IMG/VR virus record: IMGVR_UViG_3300046779_001841
Span: 128,001-192,000 of that record
Source: a virus
Taxonomy: Duplodnaviria > Caudoviricetes
Strand: one strand, 5' to 3'
Length of the DNA stretch: 64,000 bases
In this document: piece by piece, positions 29,298-39,550 of the stretch
Position numbering within the stretch: the stretch's first letter is position 1
How the letters are laid out: every line of letters begins with the position of its first letter
Program-made: the position numbers and the translations under genes
The notes under the pieces: generated by a model
Seen by the model: the letters and a program-made list of their open reading frames with translations, nothing else
What the model was told of the DNA's origin: nothing
Database searches by the model: none

Positions 29298-30326
29298 ATG
29301 AGTAAAGACATTCATGTTTCACATCCATGTACACACTACATTCGATATGAATCTTATACACTCGATAATATTACTGATGTTGTAACAAGAAGTCCTATCA
29401 ATGGATCTAGTCTTTTTAGTATTACCAAAAATGATATTGTCATAAATACAGATGGTCTTTTTTCTTCTGCTGAAATTATCTTTCCACTTAATGCACCATA
29501 TAAAATCACAAATCCAAACTACACTTTTATTTATCAAGACATTTCATATCCTATCAAATTTGACACTGGACTTTTAAATGCCAACCAAATTCAAAACACT
29601 TTGATTAAATCTCTACCTATGAATAAAGTAGAAGTAAATCTTGTAAATCAATCTATCCAGATCAAAGATAAAACATCTGGATTATCATCAAGATTGGAAT
29701 TACAAGGCGATTTGTCTAAATTTGGTTTTACTTATGATAAATATAAAGCACAAGGCAAACTTTTACATACTGGATGGAAACTTTTCAAAAGAGATGATGG
29801 CTTAGGTTACTTCATTCGTTTTAATGAAATTGTTAAAGGCAATTATCTTATCTCATATACAACAGAAAAGAATTATTGTAATCGTTGTGCATCTACAGGT
29901 GTTGAGAATGATCTTAGATTTAATGTATATGGTGAAATTAAACAAGTGGAAAAACATGATTTACTTTACCAGCAAGTTGCCAAAGTTTGCTTAACAAAAA
30001 TTAATTCTAATCCACAACACGCTTGGTATGGTACAAATGCTTTTGATTATGTTGGTGTTAAACAAGGTGGTCTTGCTAAACTTAGTATTGAAGAATCTGT
30101 AAGACAAGCTATAAACCAACATATCAATATTCAAAATCAGGTCGGTAAAATACAAAAGCTATCTTTAGAAGAACAAATTGCTTCGGTAAGAAAAATAGAT
30201 GTACAACAAGTTGCTAATACAAATAATGCCTACCTTGTAGATATTGTTCTTGTTAGTAGAGCGAACACAACTGTTAATCTTAACATTGTGTTTAGTGTTC
30301 CTGGTTCGATTGACTTAACAAATTGA
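29298..30326 (+). CDS. Baseplate protein with C-terminal gp25/W-like domain
   Basis: C-terminal LYQQVAK..LT...SNP.H.WYGT...I..V..I.V......Y.V.I pattern, located just upstream of the baseplate-J-like gene. Confidence 0.65.
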   Translation: MSKDIHVSHPCTHYIRYESYTLDNITDVVTRSPINGSSLFSITKNDIVINTDGLFSSAEIIFPLNAPYKITNPNYTFIYQDISYPIKFDTGLLNANQIQNTLIKSLPMNKVEVNLVNQSIQIKDKTSGLSSRLELQGDLSKFGFTYDKYKAQGKLLHTGWKLFKRDDGLGYFIRFNEIVKGNYLISYTTEKNYCNRCASTGVENDLRFNVYGEIKQVEKHDLLYQQVAKVCLTKINSNPQHAWYGTNAFDYVGVKQGGLAKLSIEESVRQAINQHINIQNQVGKIQKLSLEEQIASVRKIDVQQVANTNNAYLVDIVLVSRANTTVNLNIVFSVPGSIDLTN

Positions 30327-30337
30327 AAGATTAAAAA

Positions 30338-33300
30338 ATGATAGAAATTATTTCTCCCAGTGGATCTTTATTAAATAGTCCTGCTAACTATTCCACTACA
30401 CAAAAAAATATCTTCATCAAAGGTATTACTGATGACCCAACCAATCTTAGTATCACTATTGAAAACCAAACCTATACAAGTTCGGATATTTTCTTTGATG
30501 GTGATTATTTTACTTTTCCTAATCCTGCTCTTAGTCCAAATGGTCTTATTCTTTATAATGGTAATAATAATATCACACTTAGTCTTTCGTCTAGTGAAAT
30601 TTTTTATCTCAATGTCATTCAACCTATTGTCAATCGTTTTCAATTACCAGATCAGCCACAAGGTATTTATATTGAAAGACTTGCTCAAGATGTTCTTATC
30701 AAATTCCAACATACAGATACTGAAGTTAAATACTATAATATCTATGCTTCTGTTGCCAGTGGTGGTGGTATCAATGGTTATCAAAAAATTAACTTTGAAC
30801 CTTTAGATCCAATTAGCTATGGTCAAGGTAGAGAAGTCTTGACTACCATTGCAGATGAAACTTTTAATACTAATACAGAAGTCGCTGATCCTTTATATGC
30901 CAAACTTAATTTCATCCAAACTGATGGTTCAACAAACTTAGCAAGTGATATTATTTTTAATAGTGAAATTGGTGAAAGTGTAAAAAGATTACGATTGACT
31001 ACTAATCTTTCTTCTATTGATATTCAAACAGAAATTGTCTTTAAACATAACAGACAAGCTACTCAAAATTCTATGCCACCTACAATCCAAATTGGTGCTT
31101 TTGCTTCACTATCAAATGAGAATGTTTTATATTATGTTGCGACTGCTATTAAAGTTGTTGATGGTACTGAAATTGAAAGTCCTTATTCTTTAGAAGTTGT
31201 TGGCAAACCCGTTAATATTAATCAATCTAATGTATCTTTGCCTGTTGTAAATAGACAATCTTTAACAACAGATATGATCACCACCATACACAAACTCCAA
31301 CCTGATGCTTTAGTCAATCCTGGTTCTGTTACTCGTGATGTTATTATTGATCCTTTTGTTAATGAAATGGAAAGATCCAGATTTTTACTAGACTTCACTT
31401 ATCGTGCTATGTCATTTACTACATTACTCGCTATTGATGATCCTAGAAACACTGGTAAAAGTATCGCAGTCAGTAATTCAAATTATAAAACTGCTTTGGG
31501 TCAAGCATTATTCTTTAATGAACAAAATAGAGTTCAAGCAGTCATTGATTCTGCATTTGATAAACTTGCATATAACTTTGGTATTAAAAGACGATTAGGC
31601 ACTAAAGCTATTGGTGAAGTTGTCTTTTTTGTTAAGACTGCACCTACCCGCACCATCAATATTCCTGCATACACAACCATCAGTGCAGGTAGCATTTCTT
31701 TTCAAACTACTCAATTCGCTAGGATTTCTACAGACACTTTATCTTCATACTACGATCCTGTTAAAGATAGATATGCCATTTATGTGCCTATTCAAGCAGT
31801 AAATATTGGTATCAATGGCAATGTTACTAGCAATCAAATTAGAACATCATCTATCAGTGGTGTTAATGTAAATAATGAAAATCCTACTTTTGGTGGTTCG
31901 GATGTAGAATCAAATTTAGATTTGAGTGCTAGATCTATTAATACACTCGCAAGTGTTGATACTGGTACAAAATCTGGTATTGAAAGAATTGCATCTGCTA
32001 CTGCTGGTGTTACAGAAGTTTTTATTGCAAGTGCTGAATCACCATATCAATTTAGAGGTGATGGTAAAGTTGATGTTTGGATTCGTGGTATCAGTTTAGC
32101 CACTGCTACTGATCTTTATGCTCCAAATTTCCAAACTCATAAAGATAGTCTTTTCATTCCGATTGCAGAAGGTATCTATCAATTTAAACTCGCAGATCTT
32201 AATGCTACTCTTTATAAAATGATAGACAATCAAACTTTAGATTATGGTTTAAAAAATGCTACCACTGGTGAATGGTTTGATCTCACTAATCATACCATTA
32301 CAAATGATAATATTGTTATCTTAGATACTTCTTTGACACAACCTGATTACAATATCACAGATGTTATCATAGGTGACTGGCAAGAAAATATTAGTGAAAT
32401 CATTTATCTGACTAGACAACCTGTTGAAGCGATCACCTCTTTGATAGATGAAAATAATATTGAATACAATCAAGATACCGATTATTTCTTTAAGAAAACA
32501 CAAGATCCTTTATTAGAAGGATATTCCACTAAAGCAAAAGACTATGTTTTAATTAATAATGGTGTTATCACTTCGGATTTTTACTTTACCAGTGAAGTCT
32601 TTAGTTTTATAGGTTTCTATCCATATCAAATCACCAAGAAAGGTGTAGATGCTTTAAGTATTCAACTCCGACTTGATTCAAGTGGTGATGGTGAAAGTGA
32701 ATATACTTTCTTTAATTCATCTTTTCAAGACAATCCAGATTTCATTATTGAAACTACTGATGATGGTTATACTACTTTAACACGAACATCTAATTCTACC
32801 ATTCCAGAAAATGTTACAGTCAAAGTAAATTACAGTTATCTCTTAAATCTTGAAATCACATATACATACAATCAAGTCTTGCAAAATGTTCAAACACAAA
32901 TCAATAATACAAAACACCTAACTGCAGATATACTTGTTAAAGAGTGTATTCCTTGTCCAATAGATATTAAAGCAAATATAGTAGTTAGAAAAGGTTATCA
33001 AGTCAGTGATCTTGATCTCACAATCCGAAACAATATCCAAAATTATATTTCTTATCTCAATCTTGGTGCGAATCTAAGAGTAAGTGATATTATTCGTGTG
33101 CTTGATAATGCAAATGGTGTTGCTTTTATTGAACTACCATTAACTCAACTTTCTTTTAGTGAAAACACTCCAGTCATTAGAGAAGAGATCATACCGAACA
33201 ATAATTACACACAAATTGTATCTTTAACCACTGGTGTTGCGATTGCATGGCTTATTGATGTAAATCTAAGCCAACCTGCAACTACTGATGGTGGTGAATT

Positions 33301-33607
33301 GGGTCGTGTTTATGGAAATGGTTTAGAATTTAATCTTGTTTCACAATCTCTTATCACTACCTTAGGTAATACTCCAAATAGTGTTTGTATTATTGGTAAT
33401 GCAGATCTTGTTATAGGTGGCAGTCCTATTACAAATAGTAAAAATAAAATCCTTGTTGCATTGCCTATTGGTAAATCACCTAGTGAATATACATTCTATG
33501 TGAATTATCAAACTGCTGATGGTGCTGGTTTTGTGAATAACTTATCTTTAAATCCATTCTCTTATTTCACTGTTGGCAACTTAAACTTCACTTACAGAGC
33601 AGAGTAA
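30338..33607 (+). CDS. Baseplate J-like (gp6/gp47-type) wedge protein, 1089 aa
   Basis: NPGSVTRDVIIDP, DKLAYNFGIKRRLGTKA.G.V.F, V.IQAV..G..GNV, GGSDVESN.DL..R. Confidence 0.85.
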   Translation: MIEIISPSGSLLNSPANYSTTQKNIFIKGITDDPTNLSITIENQTYTSSDIFFDGDYFTFPNPALSPNGLILYNGNNNITLSLSSSEIFYLNVIQPIVNRFQLPDQPQGIYIERLAQDVLIKFQHTDTEVKYYNIYASVASGGGINGYQKINFEPLDPISYGQGREVLTTIADETFNTNTEVADPLYAKLNFIQTDGSTNLASDIIFNSEIGESVKRLRLTTNLSSIDIQTEIVFKHNRQATQNSMPPTIQIGAFASLSNENVLYYVATAIKVVDGTEIESPYSLEVVGKPVNINQSNVSLPVVNRQSLTTDMITTIHKLQPDALVNPGSVTRDVIIDPFVNEMERSRFLLDFTYRAMSFTTLLAIDDPRNTGKSIAVSNSNYKTALGQALFFNEQNRVQAVIDSAFDKLAYNFGIKRRLGTKAIGEVVFFVKTAPTRTINIPAYTTISAGSISFQTTQFARISTDTLSSYYDPVKDRYAIYVPIQAVNIGINGNVTSNQIRTSSISGVNVNNENPTFGGSDVESNLDLSARSINTLASVDTGTKSGIERIASATAGVTEVFIASAESPYQFRGDGKVDVWIRGISLATATDLYAPNFQTHKDSLFIPIAEGIYQFKLADLNATLYKMIDNQTLDYGLKNATTGEWFDLTNHTITNDNIVILDTSLTQPDYNITDVIIGDWQENISEIIYLTRQPVEAITSLIDENNIEYNQDTDYFFKKTQDPLLEGYSTKAKDYVLINNGVITSDFYFTSEVFSFIGFYPYQITKKGVDALSIQLRLDSSGDGESEYTFFNSSFQDNPDFIIETTDDGYTTLTRTSNSTIPENVTVKVNYSYLLNLEITYTYNQVLQNVQTQINNTKHLTADILVKECIPCPIDIKANIVVRKGYQVSDLDLTIRNNIQNYISYLNLGANLRVSDIIRVLDNANGVAFIELPLTQLSFSENTPVIREEIIPNNNYTQIVSLTTGVAIAWLIDVNLSQPATTDGGELGRVYGNGLEFNLVSQSLITTLGNTPNSVCIIGNADLVIGGSPITNSKNKILVALPIGKSPSEYTFYVNYQTADGAGFVNNLSLNPFSYFTVGNLNFTYRAE

Positions 33608-33611
33608 TAAC

Positions 33612-36002
33612 ATGAGTGATAAAATTCCTTTTTATCCAAATTTTCCTATCGCTAATACAGACCCTGTTGGTAGTAAAAGTGAAGAAAAGAAAGCACTCCA
33701 AGATAGTCTTGTTGTTGCTTATGCTAATGCACTTTCTGGTTCTTTAGCTTCTAATTATCTTTCCGAATTTGGTAGCAACAATCGTCTTTTATATGAAGGT
33801 GTTAGTAAAATCTTATCTAATCTTTTACTCGATTGTTTAGATCTTGTTAATGAAGTCGATTACTCTCAAATTAGACCAGAATTTTTTAATGATAGACTTT
33901 ATAGTTTGCTTTTTCCCAAATCGGTAGATCGTCCAACTTTTAATAATGAAACAGAATTAAAACAAACCATTTTAAATCTTATTCAAGCATTACTGCAAGG
34001 TAGTAAAGGCTCTGCTATCCTTGAACTCTTAAATAAAATCCAACCTAATACTCTTGTTGAGATCACTGAAATTGGTGATTTCTTGATTGATTGTTTAATC
34101 TCTTCTTATACAATCACTACAGAAGTTAATGACCATAAACATTATGTTTATGCACCCATTTTAGGTTTAGGTAAAACTTCTGCACCTATCGGATATAAAT
34201 GGGGTGATGATATTCATCAACATGATGTTTTAGATGGTATTGTTCAAACTGCGAATGAACACACACATGAAGTTCTTTTTGGTTTCCAACAAGATGTCAT
34301 CACACTACAAGATAATCTTTACAAACTACTCTTAAAAACAAAACCTGCCCATGTGAATATTGGCAATAGACCAAGTAGTTTATTTAAAGAAATTTTTCCT
34401 GCACCTGCTTTTGATTTCTCTTTGACTGCTGGTTTAATGTTTCAAGAAGATTTAAGAAAGACTGATCAAGGTATTTATCTTTCCAGTGTCTATGGTTACA
34501 CTACTGCTAATTCTAAATTCCTTAGATTTTATGATAGTGGCTTTAAAATAAATGATCGTGTTCGCATTAACAATCAAGAAAGAAAAATCATTTCTGCATC
34601 TACTGTTTTAGCTGATGATATTCCAGAAGTTATCTATTCTGTACCAAGACTTGATCTCATTGGTGTTGGTCAAATTCTAAATCATTGTTTAATTGTACCA
34701 CCACCTGGTGGATTTGTTCTTACTACTTATGAAATGCAAGAAGGTGAATTAGTTCTGATAGGTTCATCTGCATATTTCATCTTAAAAGTAAATCCATACA
34801 CATATAAATTATCTGCTCAAGTTTTTACTTTAGATCGACCTTTGACTTCAACCACTGCAGGACTTTATCTTGTAGAAGACACTCAATCATCTTTTAAAAC
34901 ACGACCATTAAGATATAAAAAATACACACAAACATTTGAATATTTAACAAGCCAATTCACATTACCTTTCTCTACACCATACACAATACATGGTATGCCT
35001 ATTTTACCATCTGATTTTACTTGCTCTACACCTATTCTTGAATATAACACATATACTCGTGTTGTAAGTCTTACAACATCAGTTAATGAAATTGAGATCA
35101 CTTATCCATATGATGAAACAGATCAAGTGTGTTTTAATGCTCTAAATGATACCAGTTTTGTTCTCAATTCTTATAGACCAATAAATCAAAGACCAAATAC
35201 AAATTTATTGCCTACAAACAGAATTGAGAAAAGAAATGGACAAGTTTTATTTCATCATCGGAATAAATATCCTTTGGTCAAAGAATGGGTAAGGTCTTTT
35301 TATGCACATAGCGATACGAATACTCTAAATAACACTTCTTTGGTTTTAAATTCTAAGACGAAGTTAAACAGATATAATGTGATCAATGCAGTCCATAGAA
35401 TACTCGCACCATCTACTGCGAGTGTTAGTGTATTAGATGGCAAAATTATTTTACCTTTTGTAGTCAAACGAATTATTTCTGTTAAACAAGGAATGACAAA
35501 TATCACATCATTTAAAGTAAATGGCAATGCAATTACTTTTACTGGCATTGCAGATGGCATAGTGATAGATGTTGTTTGTTTAACAAATCGTACAGTTAGT
35601 CAAACAGGTGATTGGTTTAGACCCGAACAATTAAATGAAGGTATGATACCTTTTAAAAATATTGTTAAACAAGTAGCATTTGATGTAGATGAATTTATGG
35701 CAAATCCTTTGGGAAATGCAACAACAATAGAAAAGCCAAGACAAACAAAAATTAAAGAAACGATTACAGATAATAGTGGTGTTGCGAGTGAATTTAGTTT
35801 TTTTAAAGATGAGTGGATAGGATTAGAACAGACTTATGTATATGAAGAAGTGTGTCCAATTTTTAGAACAAGTGGAGTAAATAATGCACCATTCTTGTTA
35901 AATAGTGGCATACTTAATCTTACACAATATGTATTAAATAATAACACTCAAGTTATATATGATGGTAATGCTAGTGTTGAAATTTTACTCATAGAACTTT
36001 AA
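33612..36002 (+). CDS. Putative baseplate wedge subunit (gpI/gp7-like position)
   Basis: Follows the J-like gene; L..LLQGS...LLK.KPAHV pattern. Assignment rests mostly on synteny. Confidence 0.55.
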   Translation: MSDKIPFYPNFPIANTDPVGSKSEEKKALQDSLVVAYANALSGSLASNYLSEFGSNNRLLYEGVSKILSNLLLDCLDLVNEVDYSQIRPEFFNDRLYSLLFPKSVDRPTFNNETELKQTILNLIQALLQGSKGSAILELLNKIQPNTLVEITEIGDFLIDCLISSYTITTEVNDHKHYVYAPILGLGKTSAPIGYKWGDDIHQHDVLDGIVQTANEHTHEVLFGFQQDVITLQDNLYKLLLKTKPAHVNIGNRPSSLFKEIFPAPAFDFSLTAGLMFQEDLRKTDQGIYLSSVYGYTTANSKFLRFYDSGFKINDRVRINNQERKIISASTVLADDIPEVIYSVPRLDLIGVGQILNHCLIVPPPGGFVLTTYEMQEGELVLIGSSAYFILKVNPYTYKLSAQVFTLDRPLTSTTAGLYLVEDTQSSFKTRPLRYKKYTQTFEYLTSQFTLPFSTPYTIHGMPILPSDFTCSTPILEYNTYTRVVSLTTSVNEIEITYPYDETDQVCFNALNDTSFVLNSYRPINQRPNTNLLPTNRIEKRNGQVLFHHRNKYPLVKEWVRSFYAHSDTNTLNNTSLVLNSKTKLNRYNVINAVHRILAPSTASVSVLDGKIILPFVVKRIISVKQGMTNITSFKVNGNAITFTGIADGIVIDVVCLTNRTVSQTGDWFRPEQLNEGMIPFKNIVKQVAFDVDEFMANPLGNATTIEKPRQTKIKETITDNSGVASEFSFFKDEWIGLEQTYVYEEVCPIFRTSGVNNAPFLLNSGILNLTQYVLNNNTQVIYDGNASVEILLIEL

Positions 36003-36009
36003 AGGATGA

Positions 36010-36642
36010 ATGATAAAAATGATGAATGAAAAAGTTAAAAAACCCCAAAGTTCAGTCGCTTTTGGATTAGGTTTTAATGAAAACACATATCGAGTAAAAG
36101 GTGAAGTCTTTATTAAACTTGATGATAATGAAATCAAGGTTGATAATGTTTATACTTTAGATGGCAGTCTTTTAGCTAGTATTCTTTTCTCTGGTCAATA
36201 TCCTACACGAACTGCTATCACTATGCTGGCAGTAGGTACAGGTGCAACAGGTACAAGTTTAGTTCCAAGTATTGCAGATCAAAGACAAAGACGATTAAAT
36301 ACCGAATTAGAAAGAAAAACTTTTGCAAGTGTTGTCTTTAGAAATCCTACAACATTTGCAGTTAGTACTATTCCTACGAATGTTGTAGATTTTACAACAG
36401 TCTTTAATGAAGGTGAAGCAGTAGGTGCTTTAAATGAAATGGGTTTATTAAGTCCATTTAGTAGTAGTCCAAGCACCACAACACCTTTGCTTGATGGTAG
36501 TGGAGATCCTGTTTCTTTTCCAGATTACGATACCACTTTAGATGTTAGCGATTATGACATTTTGATTAACTATTTAACTTTTCCAGTTATCAATAAACCA
36601 TCAAATTCAGTTCTAGCTATCACTTGGCGATTAACATTCTAA
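36010..36642 (+). CDS. Tail-collar/fibre-attachment-like protein
   Basis: MLAVGTG...L.TEL.RK...FTTVF.EGEA.G.L.EMGL...ITWRLTF resembles the phage tail-collar fibre N-terminal domain. Confidence 0.65.
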   Translation: MIKMMNEKVKKPQSSVAFGLGFNENTYRVKGEVFIKLDDNEIKVDNVYTLDGSLLASILFSGQYPTRTAITMLAVGTGATGTSLVPSIADQRQRRLNTELERKTFASVVFRNPTTFAVSTIPTNVVDFTTVFNEGEAVGALNEMGLLSPFSSSPSTTTPLLDGSGDPVSFPDYDTTLDVSDYDILINYLTFPVINKPSNSVLAITWRLTF

Positions 36643-36652
36643 GAGGTTTAGC

Positions 36653-39547
36653 ATGGCAAAATATATCAACACGACTTCAAGAAATCTTGATCCAAGTTTG
36701 ACGAATTATGAAAGTGTAGTTTTTCAAACAGGTAAGCCTTTACTTGATAGCGAATTAAATTTAGTTCAAGACATCAGTTTATCTAATGTTAAACCTAGTG
36801 GTATTATTTCAAATAAAAAAGATATTTTCGATGACTATGTTTTTGATACTACACCAAACACTTTAAAAATGAGTGCTTTTGATGTTCGAGTAAATAACAA
36901 AGTTTTACGAATTGCATATTCAAATGATACCAGTGGTTCAAATCAAATCACTATTCCAAGTCCACCTGCATCTCAAAAATCATCAGTCTTTGTTTTTCTT
37001 GAAGTTTGGAGAGCATTAGTAAGTCCAGCGACTTTAGCTACTGCAAGACTTAGAATAGGTGATAATGTTCAAGTTGGAGATAGTATCACTATTGATAGCG
37101 ATACTTTTACTTGTGGTACAGATTTTGATCTAGGTAGCGATAAATATGTCACTGCTTTAAATATAGCTAATGCAGTTTCAAGTGGTAGTGCAGTTGTATC
37201 TGCAGATAGTAAAGGCACGGATTTTGTCTTCTTAACTTTAAATGATACAGTTCCTGTTAATACTACTTCACTTGCTATCACAATTACACCTGCATCTGGT
37301 TTCTCAAGTGGTACAAATATTCCAGCTACTAACAAAATTTATATCTATGGTAATGTTGAATCTGAAAGTTCAAATTGGTTGGATGATGATATTTATGATA
37401 CTACTTTAAATGCAGAATCTACAAAGCGTATTCAATATCAATATCGTTTTAGAACAGTGGATAATTTTGCAGTTGGAACATATCAAGATGGCTTTTCAGA
37501 TACTACAAATGTTAAAGCACAAGGAACAAATGGTTCGCCAACATCTTATTCTTTTAGTGCAAGTACAACAGATAATGGTTTATGGATAGCAGGTAGTGGT
37601 GATCAAACAAGTGCAACTGATTTAGGCACAATAGATGGTTATGTCTATGCTTTACCTATTTGTTTTGTGAATAGAAGAAATAGTAGTGGTTTTAATCCAG
37701 TCAATCCAAATGGTGGTTTATTATCTACACATACAGGTGCAAGTTCATATTGGTTGGATATTCCTGATCCATTTGTAATTCCTGCAGGTGTTAGTGATCG
37801 TCCTGATGGTTTGTTTGCAGATATAGTAGCTGATGTAGATGTTACAGATTTAAGAAAAAAAGTGATAGACATAATAGATAGTGAGAAACTTCTAACAGAA
37901 CAAACACAATATCTTTTTGACAATAATCTTAAGACAATTCAAAGAGATGGTAGAGATAGATTTTATATAGGCAATCAAATTACAGATGGTGATCGAAGTA
38001 CAACACCTTTAGTATGTGATGCGATAGAATATTATGGATATACACAACCAGACACTTATGGAAATTTGATTGGTTTTGCAGATAGTCTTAGAAGAAGATA
38101 TTCAAGTTATCCAAATGTAGAGAAAGTGATCGCAACAATTACTTTAAGTGATACAGATCCAACAGGATTTAGTTATGTAGATAAAGCATCGGGTACTAAA
38201 TGGTATGAAGGTGATGAGATCATTTTAGATTTTGCAAATTTTTATGTCACTGGTTTCTTTAATCCTGTTACCGATTCTTTTCCTATAGGCACAAAAATCA
38301 TAGATGTTTTAAGAGCATGGCATGATGATGGACATACTACAACAGCAGTTAGTCAAAATATTCAGTTTAAGAAAATAGAGTTTATCTCTGCAACAAAGGT
38401 TTCTTTGATATTAGATAAAAATGATTTCACTGTAAATGGTGGTTTGAGTGCAAATAGTAATTATCAAATGGTAGGCAATAGTTCGGATGGTGATGTTGGT
38501 AGTTCAAGAAATATTTTTATTGAACTTGCTTTGTGTTATCCAGAAGGTGAAGGCTTAAGAGCAACACCTATAATAATATATCCAGACAACAGTGTTTATC
38601 CAAATGGTAGTGTGATTAATGAAGCTAGTTTATTTTTCTCAGAATTTGAAACGGGTCCCATTTTTAGTTTTGAAGAAGAAAAAAGATCTGTTTCTTTAGA
38701 ATATGTTAAGAAAGAACAAACAATCGAACTTGTAAGTAAATCAGCCACTGAAATTTTAACACCTTTTAAATTCTATGGTGATGGTATTACATATTATGTT
38801 GAATATGAAGATCAAGAAGTTGGTGCAGGATATTCTAATGTACTAAACACATCAGATTACAATAAATCCGATGCGAGTGTTTTAGTCAATTCTTTAACAA
38901 ATGCAGGTCAAACATTAGTCAGTCTAAAATACTATTCTTTAATGGCAAATAAAGCAAGAGCAATGATTTACTATAGGTATCTAGCATCTCAAACAACAAT
39001 ACCATCAGGTTCAACAATCGAAGTTGAACCTATCTATATTTCTAAATCTATGTTTGCCATCCAAACAAGCAAAGGTAGTTTGAGTGAATCTTACCCATAC
39101 CCAAGTGCAAGTGATATGGTAGGTATTCATATTGATTTTGATATAGATGAATGGGATTTACGAGCAAATGCTCAAATTTCTATCAGTGATTTTAATATTG
39201 ATGCAGGTATGTTACAATTAAACAATTTCATGCCTATTGATCTTAATACAGATATGACATTAACAAGTAAAACAACAGATTCTCAAGGTAATACAATTTA
39301 TGTAGGTGGTACTGGATATTTACCAGTGACATATACATCACCATTTTCAAGTGAAGTTGGTCATAAAAATGTATTGCCTTTATTATGTAAAGCAAAAACA
39401 AACACATCATATTTTAGAAAAGGTGAAGTGTTATTGGTTTTGATTAGTCGATATGGTGAATTAGATAGTGAGAATAAAATCACATTAGGAAATAATTACA
39501 CTATTGCGAGTATCTACAACACTAAGAACAGATTGATCGTGGAGTAA
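36653..39547 (+). CDS. Large virion structural protein (baseplate/fibre-associated), paralog of 42654..47816
   Basis: N-terminal VVFQTGKPLLDSELN..Q; shared FVFLEVWR, ETTKR.Q.QYR, YA.PIC.V.RRN and RPDGL.AD blocks. Confidence 0.7.
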   Translation: MAKYINTTSRNLDPSLTNYESVVFQTGKPLLDSELNLVQDISLSNVKPSGIISNKKDIFDDYVFDTTPNTLKMSAFDVRVNNKVLRIAYSNDTSGSNQITIPSPPASQKSSVFVFLEVWRALVSPATLATARLRIGDNVQVGDSITIDSDTFTCGTDFDLGSDKYVTALNIANAVSSGSAVVSADSKGTDFVFLTLNDTVPVNTTSLAITITPASGFSSGTNIPATNKIYIYGNVESESSNWLDDDIYDTTLNAESTKRIQYQYRFRTVDNFAVGTYQDGFSDTTNVKAQGTNGSPTSYSFSASTTDNGLWIAGSGDQTSATDLGTIDGYVYALPICFVNRRNSSGFNPVNPNGGLLSTHTGASSYWLDIPDPFVIPAGVSDRPDGLFADIVADVDVTDLRKKVIDIIDSEKLLTEQTQYLFDNNLKTIQRDGRDRFYIGNQITDGDRSTTPLVCDAIEYYGYTQPDTYGNLIGFADSLRRRYSSYPNVEKVIATITLSDTDPTGFSYVDKASGTKWYEGDEIILDFANFYVTGFFNPVTDSFPIGTKIIDVLRAWHDDGHTTTAVSQNIQFKKIEFISATKVSLILDKNDFTVNGGLSANSNYQMVGNSSDGDVGSSRNIFIELALCYPEGEGLRATPIIIYPDNSVYPNGSVINEASLFFSEFETGPIFSFEEEKRSVSLEYVKKEQTIELVSKSATEILTPFKFYGDGITYYVEYEDQEVGAGYSNVLNTSDYNKSDASVLVNSLTNAGQTLVSLKYYSLMANKARAMIYYRYLASQTTIPSGSTIEVEPIYISKSMFAIQTSKGSLSESYPYPSASDMVGIHIDFDIDEWDLRANAQISISDFNIDAGMLQLNNFMPIDLNTDMTLTSKTTDSQGNTIYVGGTGYLPVTYTSPFSSEVGHKNVLPLLCKAKTNTSYFRKGEVLLVLISRYGELDSENKITLGNNYTIASIYNTKNRLIVE

Positions 39548-39550
39548 AAA